Shown: positions 27,733 to 36,119 of the stretch, in pieces
Layout of the letters: each line of letters starts with the position of its first letter
How positions within the stretch are numbered: position 1 is the first letter of the stretch
Origin: Longimicrobiales bacterium
GTDB lineage: Bacteria; Gemmatimonadota; Gemmatimonadetes; Longimicrobiales; Gaopeijiaceae
Length of the DNA: 64,000 bases
Assembly (NCBI GenBank): GCA_965203485.1
Contig: OZ241892.1
Location: forward strand, 1,728,001-1,792,000
Direction of reading: 5' to 3'
Position numbers and translations under genes: made by a program
Notes under the pieces: model-generated
Seen by the model: the letters and a program-made list of their open reading frames with translations, nothing else
Told to the model about the DNA's origin: nothing
Database searches by the model: none

Positions 27733-29181
27733 TCATTCGCCGGCCGCCTCGCCCGATCCGGCACCGGCCGCTTCCGACGACTGGCGCCGCCGCCACCGTT
27801 CCTCCATCCGCCTGAAGGCGACCGCGAGTTCGGACCGCAAGCGCGCGAAGCGACGCCGCACCTCGGGCCGTCCCTGAAGACGGAGGAACAGCGCGACGTC
27901 CTCCCGCACCTCTTCGGCCAGCTCGATCCACCGCAACGCGGCGTAGCCGCAGGCGGGCGCCAGCGCCGCCATCGCGGCAGCCGCCCACCAGCCGGACCAC
28001 GCGTACGCGCCGACCGTCCACGCCACCCAAGCGAAGATCGCACCAAGGAAAAGGGTGATCAGCTTGATCGTGGCCCGCACCTCGAATTCCGGCCCGAGGA
28101 GCCTCAGTGCCAGCGGCGGCAAACCCGCCACCGCCCCCCACAGCGCCGTTCCGGCCAGCGCCGCCGGCAACCCCGCCAGCAACAGCGAACCGCGCACGAG
28201 AATGTAGCGGGCGACCGGCTTCACGCCGTACTTCGCAGGCACGTCGCCCGCGCCCGCCCTCACGAAAGAATGGAGCGCGGCGTAACCCTCGACCTTCGCG
28301 ACGAGCGCCTGATGCTCCTCCGGAGCGTGGCGCCTTGTCCACTCCAACCCCGCCGCAAACCGCTGCAGACGGGGAAAGCGCGCGCCCAGCCGCTCCCGGG
28401 TGCGCCAGGGCACCCACCGCGACTCGCGCACAAACATTTGTTCCGCCATCTCGACCAAGGCCCGGTCGCCGGGATGCACGAAGTTCAGCGTCTGCTCGCG
28501 AATGCCGGCCTCGATCCTCCGCGTCAGCATTCGCACCGCCATCACCGGGTCGTGCTCGTGCGCCTGCCGGAGGTCCGCGCAAGAGAACGGCGCACCGAAC
28601 CGCACCGCGACGCTCGTGCGCGCCCTCTCCTTCTTGGAGTACGTGATGCCGACCGGCACGATCGACAGCCCAAGCCGCCACCCCGCCGCCGCCTCGGCCT
28701 GAAACGCAATGCGGGCGGCGCCGGTGCGCAGTTCGGCGACCTGCGACTCGGAGTGGCTGCGCCCCTCGGGATAGATCTGGATCGCCCCGCCGGCGACGAG
28801 CACGCGGACGGCCTCGCGAAACGTTTCCTCGTTGCGGTGCATGGCGTCGGGGTCGTCTTGGCGCCGGTGCACGGGAATCCCGCCCAGGGCTCTGAGCAGG
28901 GGACCAAGCAGAAGCTGGTCGAAGAGGGGGGCGCGGCCCAGCGGCCGGGTCATGCGCTCGCTGCAGCGGAACACCAGCAGCGGGTCGAGCAAGCTGTTGG
29001 GGTGATTGACGGCGAGCATGACGGGACCGGCCGGCACCGGGGGACCGTGGCGGTCCACCCTGTAGTAGACGGCCGCCGCACCGCCGACGACGCGGCTCAG
29101 CAGGCGCGGGATACGGTTGCGGGTTCCAGGCAGTTCGCGGGCATCCTGTAAAGTGAGGGGCGACGGGTTATCTTCGCCCAC
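27733..29181 (-). CDS. Glycerol-phosphate/lysophospholipid acyltransferase family protein
   Basis: NHPNSLLDP (HxxxxD), YPEGRSH, IVPVGITY, C-terminal TM helices. Confidence 0.85.
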   Translation of the reverse strand: MGEDNPSPLTLQDARELPGTRNRIPRLLSRVVGGAAAVYYRVDRHGPPVPAGPVMLAVNHPNSLLDPLLVFRCSERMTRPLGRAPLFDQLLLGPLLRALGGIPVHRRQDDPDAMHRNEETFREAVRVLVAGGAIQIYPEGRSHSESQVAELRTGAARIAFQAEAAAGWRLGLSIVPVGITYSKKERARTSVAVRFGAPFSCADLRQAHEHDPVMAVRMLTRRIEAGIREQTLNFVHPGDRALVEMAEQMFVRESRWVPWRTRERLGARFPRLQRFAAGLEWTRRHAPEEHQALVAKVEGYAALHSFVRAGAGDVPAKYGVKPVARYILVRGSLLLAGLPAALAGTALWGAVAGLPPLALRLLGPEFEVRATIKLITLFLGAIFAWVAWTVGAYAWSGWWAAAAMAALAPACGYAALRWIELAEEVREDVALFLRLQGRPEVRRRFARLRSELAVAFRRMEERWRRRQSSEAAGAGSGEAAGE

Positions 29182-29217
29182 GAGCGAGCAACTCCGCCAC
29201 CTGAAGGGACGGCCAAC

Positions 29218-30267
29218 TTGCGCGCCACCCGCCCATCACCGACAGCCGGCGCCGCACCGGAGGTCGTCGCAACGGCAGGACTGCCCGCCGACGGCCGCGA
29301 CCGCAGTGCGGCCGCCCCCGAAGCGCGCAACCCCGGCATCCCGCTGGATTGCGACTGGGTGCGCCGGGTCCGCGTCAACCGCAGCGCCGCCGAACGCCGC
29401 GCCGCTTCGCTCGTGCGCCGCCGGTCGGTCAAGGCCGAGCAGCAAGCGGGGTGGCTGCTCCGGGCGGTCACCATGATCGACCTCACTACGCTGGCCGGCG
29501 ACGACACCCCGGGACGCGTGCGCCGACTGTGCGGCAAGGCCCGCCGCCCGGTGCGCGCCGACGTGCTGGAGGCGCTCGGCGTTCCGCCCGACGAGGTGGC
29601 CGCCGCGGCCGCGTGCGTCCATCCGACGATGACGCCCACGGCCCGCGAAGCTCTCGGCGGCAGTCCCGTTCGCGTCGCCGCCGTCGCCGCCGGCTTCCCT
29701 TCCGGCCTGTCGCCGTTCGGCGTACGCGTCGAGGAGGTGCGGGCCGTGGTGGACGCCGGCGCGCAGGAAGTGGACATCGTGATTGCGCGCGGCGCGGCCC
29801 TGGCGGGCGACTGGGACCGGCTGTGGCGCGAGATCGCGGCGTTTCGCGACGCCTGCGGGCCGGCGCACTTGAAGGTGATCCTGGCCACCGGCGAACTCGG
29901 CACCCTGGCCAAGGCCGGGCAGGCCGCCCTCGTGGCGATGATGGCCGGCGCCGACTTCGTGAAGACGTCCACCGGGAAGGAGGCCGTCAACGCCACGTTG
30001 CCCGTGGGGCTGGTGATGGCGCGGGCCGTGCGCGAGTACTTCCGCGCCACGGGCCACCGCGTGGGCCTCAAGGCGGCGGGCGGCCTGCGCGCGGCTCGCG
30101 ACGCGCTCGCTTGGCTGGTTCTGGTCAAGGAGGAGCTCGGAGACGCCTGGATGGTCCCCCGCCTCTTCCGGCTCGGCGCCAGCACGCTCCTGGCCGACGT
30201 CGAGCGCCAGCTCGAGCATCACGCGACCGGACGCTACTCCGCCTTCCACAGGCACGCCGTCGGATAG
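29218..30267 (+). CDS. deoC: Deoxyribose-phosphate aldolase (long type)
   Basis: IDLTTLAGDDT, EVDIVI, LKVILATGEL, DFVKTSTGK, GLKAAGG, FRLGAS. Confidence 0.93.
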   Translation: MRATRPSPTAGAAPEVVATAGLPADGRDRSAAAPEARNPGIPLDCDWVRRVRVNRSAAERRAASLVRRRSVKAEQQAGWLLRAVTMIDLTTLAGDDTPGRVRRLCGKARRPVRADVLEALGVPPDEVAAAAACVHPTMTPTAREALGGSPVRVAAVAAGFPSGLSPFGVRVEEVRAVVDAGAQEVDIVIARGAALAGDWDRLWREIAAFRDACGPAHLKVILATGELGTLAKAGQAALVAMMAGADFVKTSTGKEAVNATLPVGLVMARAVREYFRATGHRVGLKAAGGLRAARDALAWLVLVKEELGDAWMVPRLFRLGASTLLADVERQLEHHATGRYSAFHRHAVG

Positions 30268-30278
30268 GGGACGACTCG

Positions 30279-32780
30279 ATGCCTGCTCCCAAGGCGCCGA
30301 CAACGCCGGTGCGCCGCGCCTTCGACGAAGCCGCCTACGGCCCCGCGCCCGAGAACAGCGACTTCGCCCTCGGGTGGCTGGACAAGCACGGGCGCGTCTT
30401 CGCCCACTTCGTGGGTGGCGAATGGTCGCCGGGCGACGGCCCGCTCCTGGAGACCCGCTGCCCGGCGGACGGGGCTTCGCTCGCCCAGTTCCGCAACGGC
30501 ACGCCCCAGGACGTGGACGCCGCGGTGGCCGCAGCCTCCCAAGCGCTCCCGGCCTGGCGCGGCGCGGGCCCTTCCGCGCGCGCCCGCCACTTGTACCGGC
30601 TGGCCCGCCAGTTGCAGAAGCGGCAACGCCATTTCGCGGTGCTCGAGGCGCTCGACAACGGGAAGCCGATCCGCGAGTCGCGCGACATCGACGTGCCGCT
30701 GGCCGCCCGGCACTTCTACCATCACGCGGGCTGGGCACAGCTGCTCGAAGACGAATTCCCCGGCTACCGGGGCGTGGGCGTGGCCGGCCAGATCATCCCG
30801 TGGAACTTTCCGCTCCTCATGCTGGCCTGGAAGGTGGCGCCCGCGCTGGCCGCCGGTTGCACGGTGGTACTCAAGCCGGCCGAGCACACGCCGCTGACGG
30901 CGCTGCTCTTCGCCGAGCTCGCGGCCGACTCGGGGTTGCCGCCCGGGGTCTTCAACGTCGTCACGGGAGACGGAGCCACGGGCGCCTCGCTGGTGCGGCA
31001 TTCCGGCGTGGACAAGATCGCGTTCACCGGCTCGACCGAGGTGGGGCGCGAGATCCGCGTGGCCACCGCCGGCACCGGCAAGAAGCTCTCGCTGGAGCTG
31101 GGCGGCAAGTCGCCGTTCGTCGTCTTCGAGAACGCCGACCTGGACGCGGCCGCCGAAGGCGTCGTGGACTCCGTCTGGTTCAACCAAGGCGAAGTCTGCT
31201 GCGCGGGCACGCGGTTGCTCGTGCAGGAGAGCGTCGAGGAGGAACTGGTGGAGCGCCTCGTCGCCAGGATGGAGACGATTCGGGTCGGACATCCGCTGGA
31301 CAAGTCCGTAGACATGGGCGCCATCGTGGACGGCTCGCAGGTCGAGCGCATCGAGCGCTACCTGGAGATCGGCCGCCGCGACGGTGCGAAGATACGGCAA
31401 CCTTCGACTCCGCTGCCCGACGGCGGATTCTTCGTGCCTCCGACGCTGTGCACCGGTGCGCCGCCGTCGAGCCCCATCGTCACGGACGAGATCTTCGGCC
31501 CCGTGGTGACTAGTCTGTCCTTCCGCACCCCCGCCGAGGCCGTGGAGCTGGCGAACGACACCCGCTACGGCTTGGCAGCCAGCGTATGGACGGAGGACGT
31601 GAACGTGGCGCTCGACGTCGCGCCGGCGATCAAGGCCGGCACCGTTTGGATCAACTGCACCAACGTGTTCGACGCGGCGTCGGGGTTCGGCGGCTACCGC
31701 GAGTCCGGCTTCGGACGCGAGGGCGGGCGAGAGGGGATGTGGGAGTACTTGGCGCGGGTCGCGGACTTGGATTCGGCGGAGCGCGCGCGGTCCGGCGGCG
31801 GCGGCGAGGGGGGCGACGCGGAAGCGGACGGCGGCCCCGGAGCCGGCGTGGACTCCAGGGGCCCAGGGCCGAGCGTGCCGGCGCTGCACGAGGCCACCGC
31901 GAACGGGGCGGCCTCGGCGGCGGCGGGGCGCGAAGAGATCGACCGCACAAGGAAGCTCTACGTCGGCGGCAAGCAGGCGCGTCCGGACGGCGGATACTCG
32001 CTGGTCGCGCTGGACAGCTCCGGCGCGCCGTGGGCCGAGGTGCCGCGCGGCAACCGCAAGGACGTGCGCAATGCGGTGGAGGCGGCCCGGCGGGCACGCG
32101 ACGCATGGCGCGCCGCCAGCGGCCACGAGCGGGCTCAGGTCCTCTACTTTCTCGGCGAGAACTTGGCGGCCCGCGCCGGCGAGTTCGCCGTCGGCTTGCA
32201 ACGGGCGACGGGCGTGGACGCCGAGAGCGCCGCCGCCGAAGTCGAGGCCGCGGTGCAGGCGGCGTTCACCTTCGCCGCGTGGGCCGACAAGCACGACGGC
32301 CGGGTCCACTCCACCCCCATGCGCAACGTCACGCTGGCGATGAACGAGCCCGTCGGCGCCGTGGGCGTGCGTTGCGGCGACCGGGCGCCGCTGGCGGGCT
32401 TCGTCGCTCCGCTGTGCGCCGCGATGTCGCAGGGCAGCGTGGTCGTCGCCATCGCTTCCGCTCGCTGCCCGGTCCCCGCGCTCGACCTGGTTCAGGTGCT
32501 CGAGACCTCCGACGTGCCCCCGGGCGTCGCCAACGTCCTCTCGGGCCTGCACGACGAGGTCCTCCCCACGCTCGCAGCGCACGACGACGTGGACCAGCTC
32601 TGGGACCTGGTGGGCGACAACCTGTCCGCCGAAGCCGAACGCCTGTCCGCGGGCAACCTCAAGCGCGTCTGGGCGGACCGGGCGGGCCTGGACTGGACGG
32701 CCCTCTCGGCCAGCGACTGCGAGTCCCTGCTCCGGCGGGCCACCCGCGTCAAGAACATCTGGGTGCCCTACGGCGCATGA
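30279..32780 (+). CDS. Double-domain aldehyde dehydrogenase (ALDH16-like)
   Basis: IPWNFP, FTGSTEVG, LELGGKSP, GEVCCAG, EIFGP, GGYRESG; second degenerate ALDH domain ends KNIWVPYG. Confidence 0.92.
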   Translation: MPAPKAPTTPVRRAFDEAAYGPAPENSDFALGWLDKHGRVFAHFVGGEWSPGDGPLLETRCPADGASLAQFRNGTPQDVDAAVAAASQALPAWRGAGPSARARHLYRLARQLQKRQRHFAVLEALDNGKPIRESRDIDVPLAARHFYHHAGWAQLLEDEFPGYRGVGVAGQIIPWNFPLLMLAWKVAPALAAGCTVVLKPAEHTPLTALLFAELAADSGLPPGVFNVVTGDGATGASLVRHSGVDKIAFTGSTEVGREIRVATAGTGKKLSLELGGKSPFVVFENADLDAAAEGVVDSVWFNQGEVCCAGTRLLVQESVEEELVERLVARMETIRVGHPLDKSVDMGAIVDGSQVERIERYLEIGRRDGAKIRQPSTPLPDGGFFVPPTLCTGAPPSSPIVTDEIFGPVVTSLSFRTPAEAVELANDTRYGLAASVWTEDVNVALDVAPAIKAGTVWINCTNVFDAASGFGGYRESGFGREGGREGMWEYLARVADLDSAERARSGGGGEGGDAEADGGPGAGVDSRGPGPSVPALHEATANGAASAAAGREEIDRTRKLYVGGKQARPDGGYSLVALDSSGAPWAEVPRGNRKDVRNAVEAARRARDAWRAASGHERAQVLYFLGENLAARAGEFAVGLQRATGVDAESAAAEVEAAVQAAFTFAAWADKHDGRVHSTPMRNVTLAMNEPVGAVGVRCGDRAPLAGFVAPLCAAMSQGSVVVAIASARCPVPALDLVQVLETSDVPPGVANVLSGLHDEVLPTLAAHDDVDQLWDLVGDNLSAEAERLSAGNLKRVWADRAGLDWTALSASDCESLLRRATRVKNIWVPYGA

Positions 32781-32827
32781 CGCCCGTGCGCGGCAGAGCC
32801 GAGTTTGGAGCACGCCGCCGATGCTGA

Positions 32828-33700
32828 CGAACCTACGGCCTGCTCACGTGCGAGGCGGCCGAGACCGGAAGTCAGATCGTCGCCGCGACCCACTCCGAGG
32901 TGATCCTGAACGAGGCCGCCGAGCGCGACCTGGTGATCGCGTTCGTAGGACGCCCCCACCGCATTGGAGGTCGCGGCAGCCAAGTGGCGAAGGCGCTCAA
33001 GGACATCGGCTGGGAAGACTACTACCAGGCGGAGCAGTCCGGTTGGGTCTTTTACTTGGAAGGCCCAACCGACCTTGCGATCCTCCAGGCGTTCGCGCGG
33101 AGATTGGCCCACGACGGCGCCGAACGAGCCTTGGCCGCGCCCTTCGTTCACTACGTCGGCAACCAGCCGGCGGCCGCGGCCAAGCATTTCCAGGGGATCA
33201 AGGAAGCCGTGCCCGATCTAAGTGGCGCGGCTCTATTCGACAGGCTCGCCACTCCGCCCAATATTCCGCCGGTGGCATGTCTTTCATGGCGGCGCCGGGA
33301 GATCGAGAACTACCTGTGCTCTCGCGCCACGCTCGAGGCGTTCGCCAAGTCCGAAGCCCGGGACGAGGCCGGCGGCCCCTTGTTGTTGCCCGCGGGACGC
33401 GACAGGCGCGTCCGAGCGATGACCGAAGCAATCGCCGAGCTGGAAACCGCACTCGCGACGCTGGACAAGGGCTCGCCCTGGGACGCCGACGCCAAGGTCA
33501 GCGACGACTTTCTCGTCCCGCTCTTCCGCACCTACTACAAGAAGCTGGAGCTACCCAACCTCATGGCCAAAAGGAGTTTTCACTTGCTGGCCGAGCACGT
33601 GCCCCCGGCGGAGATCGATCCGGAAGTGACCGAGAAGCTGGACGCCATCGCCCGGACAGGTGCGCAGGCCGACGAGATGTCGGCCGCGCCGCCGTTCTGA
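32828..33700 (+). pseudogene. 5'-truncated ABC-type AAA ATPase/TOPRIM (OLD-like) gene
   Basis: Frame begins after a TGA with the H-loop SQIVAATHSEVIL, then TOPRIM-like YLEGPTD and RREIENY; no Walker A or B. Confidence 0.65.
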
Positions 33701-34126
33701 TCAGGCGGCCTGTTGCAGGACGAGCTTGAGGTCGTCGATGCGCTCGGAAGTCACAGCCCGGAGATCCTGAATGCGCTCGGCCGTGGACGCCTTGAGGTCG
33801 TCGATTCTCGTGCCCATGTCGTCGATCCGGCCGCCCAGCATCCTCACCACGCGCTCCTCCGACTCGCGGATGCTCGCGCGGATCCCGTCGTGCATGCGCT
33901 CCTGCTCGGCGCGCAACGCTCCGACTTCATCACGGACGTCCGCCCGCAACGCCTCGATCTCGCCGCGCAACTCCGCCCGCAACGCCCCAATCTCGCCGCG
34001 CAACTCCGTCACCCTGCGGTCAAGCCGGACATCGATGTCCTTGAGACGATTGCCGAGATACGTCGCCATCATCGCAAATCCGGTGGCCAACGCCGCCAAC
34101 TGCACCAACGGTTCAATCCAGTCCAT
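33701..34126 (-). CDS. Membrane-anchored coiled-coil protein with 11-residue repeats
   Basis: GGAGG RBS before the ATG, N-terminal hydrophobic helix, LRGEIGALRAE and RIDDLK repeats. Confidence 0.7.
   Translation of the reverse strand: MDWIEPLVQLAALATGFAMMATYLGNRLKDIDVRLDRRVTELRGEIGALRAELRGEIEALRADVRDEVGALRAEQERMHDGIRASIRESEERVVRMLGGRIDDMGTRIDDLKASTAERIQDLRAVTSERIDDLKLVLQQAA
33939..34004. repeat. Two tandem 33-bp copies (2 mismatches) inside the coiled-coil gene
   Basis: TCCGCCCGCAACGCC(TCG/CCA)ATCTCGCCGCGCAAC at 33939-33971 and 33972-34004; degenerate copy at 33906-33938. Confidence 0.85.
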
Positions 34127-34260
34127 GTCCTCCCTCTCCGTGCATTGCCTCCGTCCGCCGGGCAAGGCGCCCACGCGGATCCGGCCACGAAGGTACGGAA
34201 GCCGACCCGCAACGGAAGCCACCTGGGACACTTGAATGCTCATATGCGCGCGGGCGCTCG

Positions 34261-34998
34261 TCAAGGGCTGGCGACGCTGGCGGGATTGAACTTCCGCCGG
34301 TACCGACGCGTCCAGACGACGATGGCCGGCGCACCAACGACGGTCGGAAGAATCCACGGCACGACCGCCGCCGCTCCATCAAGGCCGTAGTCCCAGAACC
34401 GTTGCACGCCGAAAACGAGGAACGCCGTGTGGAACGCGATGCCACCGCCGAGCATCGCCGCGAGGTGGCTGTAGAACCAACCCATGCGCTCGGCGCCCGG
34501 ACGGCGCATCATGCGCAGCATCCGCCATCCGGTGAAGACGCCGATCGGGCTCATGCCCAGCAACACGGGCGACACGCTGGACCAAGCCGCGAGCGCCGTC
34601 GCGACCGCGGCTCCGCTGCTCCCGACCGCCGCCCACGCGAGAGCGGCATGGAACGGGCTCCGCAACGTCTCCGGCGCTCGCCGGGTCGCCACTACCCGCA
34701 TTGCCTGGCGCACGTTGGCGAACGTCGCCACGCCCAGGTACCCCAGCAGGCACGCAAAGCCGTAGAGTTCCGGCTGCTCGGCAACGCCGATCCCGTCAAG
34801 TTGGTACCCGAGGACCCGGCCGACCGACACGGTCACGGCCGACACCGTCACGACGTAGGCGCAATACGCGTAGACCCGCCCCGCCCGCTTGTGCAAGCGG
34901 CCGCCCTTGCGGGCGAACACCGGCGCCCAGAAAGCCCCGAGGCCGACGAAGCCCGCGGCCACATGGCCGACAATGACAACGTCGAGCAACACGTTCAA
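34261..34998 (-). CDS. DUF2306-like integral membrane protein
   Basis: HVAAG, RKGGRLHKRAGRVY, WFYSHL..M, HTAF; TTG overlaps the mcrC TGA. Confidence 0.65.
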   Translation of the reverse strand: MNVLLDVVIVGHVAAGFVGLGAFWAPVFARKGGRLHKRAGRVYAYCAYVVTVSAVTVSVGRVLGYQLDGIGVAEQPELYGFACLLGYLGVATFANVRQAMRVVATRRAPETLRSPFHAALAWAAVGSSGAAVATALAAWSSVSPVLLGMSPIGVFTGWRMLRMMRRPGAERMGWFYSHLAAMLGGGIAFHTAFLVFGVQRFWDYGLDGAAAVVPWILPTVVGAPAIVVWTRRYRRKFNPASVASP

Positions 34999-36119
34999 AG
35001 CTCGCGCTCCACTCCGACGATCTCCAGCATCTCGTCGTGGATCTGCCGCCAGTCCGCATTCAAGTCCACGGTGCACGCCTGCACGCGAAAGCCGTCGAGC
35101 CGAACGTCCACGCGCAATCGCTTGTCCACTTGCGGATAGAGCAAGATGCCCTCGTGTCGCCTCGATTCGTCCGGGTCGCTCGCCTCCCGATTCCGCAGAT
35201 ACGCCAGCAACTGGTACAAGTTGCCCGAGTGCAGTTTTCCGCCTCCCCGCCCTCCAAGTGCGTCGCCGTAGAACTTCGTGTCGAGCACGATGCGCCGGTC
35301 GCTGGACTCGAGGATCAAGTCCGCTTCCATCTTCGGGACCTTGGCCAAGTCCGTCTCGCGGCCCTCCGGTTCCGGTTGCCAGCTGATTCCCCGCCCTTCC
35401 GCATTCACCCCGAAGCGATTTTGCTCCTTGCGGTAGAAGCCTGTTGCAAAACGCTCGAACAAGGCCCACATCGTCGCTTCGTCGCGGCGAAAGTCGTTGA
35501 AGCGGCGGACGAGCCGACCACCACGTGCTTCGTCGACGAGCCGACAGTCGTGGACCAAGCGGCATACGTCCAACAAGAACCGATAAAGCCGCCGATTTCG
35601 GTCGATCTGCACCAAGGAGAAGGTTCGGTGCGTGAGCGGCTGCACGGACACGCCTTCCATCTGGTGATACGCCGACGCAACTTCCTTGTGCACCTCCCGA
35701 TCCAGTCCCGTTTCGGACGAATCAGCGCGCGACGCGGCGTTTCGCCGATTCCCCCTCGCCACGCCCAGCCTGCGAAGCGAAGCGAGCGACGACCGCAGGA
35801 TTCGGTTGGGCAGAATGTCCGGCGAGAGTTCTTCGAACTCGCACGCAATCCGGCTCCTCGCCCGAAGCGACCGCTTCACCGTGTCGCCCAACAGCAGCTT
35901 GCCGCGAACGCCGACCAGGTCTTCCTGCTCCTCCATGTACCCACGGTCGATCCCCCTCCGAAGCAGTCGGCTGACGCCGCTGGCCAAGACCTTGCCCAGC
36001 AAGTCCTGAACGGACCGAAGCTCGCCGGCCTCGGTCACTGCCCTTGCGTCCTTCTCCTGCACCTGATCCCACGCGTAGCACAGCAGAAAATAGACGTTGA
36101 GCATGGGAACGTCCTTCAA
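34995..36119 (-). CDS. mcrC: McrC-family restriction nuclease subunit
   Basis: PMLNVYFLLCYAW, LFERF, ADLIL...LDTKFY, LYQLLAY, GILLYP; TTGA overlap with mcrB. Confidence 0.88.
   Translation of the reverse strand: MKDVPMLNVYFLLCYAWDQVQEKDARAVTEAGELRSVQDLLGKVLASGVSRLLRRGIDRGYMEEQEDLVGVRGKLLLGDTVKRSLRARSRIACEFEELSPDILPNRILRSSLASLRRLGVARGNRRNAASRADSSETGLDREVHKEVASAYHQMEGVSVQPLTHRTFSLVQIDRNRRLYRFLLDVCRLVHDCRLVDEARGGRLVRRFNDFRRDEATMWALFERFATGFYRKEQNRFGVNAEGRGISWQPEPEGRETDLAKVPKMEADLILESSDRRIVLDTKFYGDALGGRGGGKLHSGNLYQLLAYLRNREASDPDESRRHEGILLYPQVDKRLRVDVRLDGFRVQACTVDLNADWRQIHDEMLEIVGVEREL

Noticed and set aside
27400..27760. Genomic island integrated at selC
   Set aside because: Both flanks are ordinary high-GC lipid genes; no integrase or duplicated tRNA end
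26622..28046. 474-aa lipid kinase ORF spanning selC
   Set aside because: The upstream part runs through the tRNA and the acyltransferase gene; the kinase domain starts at 27554
29349..30278. Apparent N-terminal extension of ALDH or a DeoC-ALDH fusion
   Set aside because: It is in a different frame from deoC, which has its own TAG; ALDH starts at ATG 30279
32825..32827. In-frame TGA before the ATPase fragment as a selenocysteine codon
   Set aside because: The upstream frame is an ALDH shadow with no Walker motifs; no convincing Sec-containing gene was found in the window
33906..34004. 33-bp repeats as a CRISPR array
   Set aside because: No spacers, in-frame coding repeats, and no cas genes
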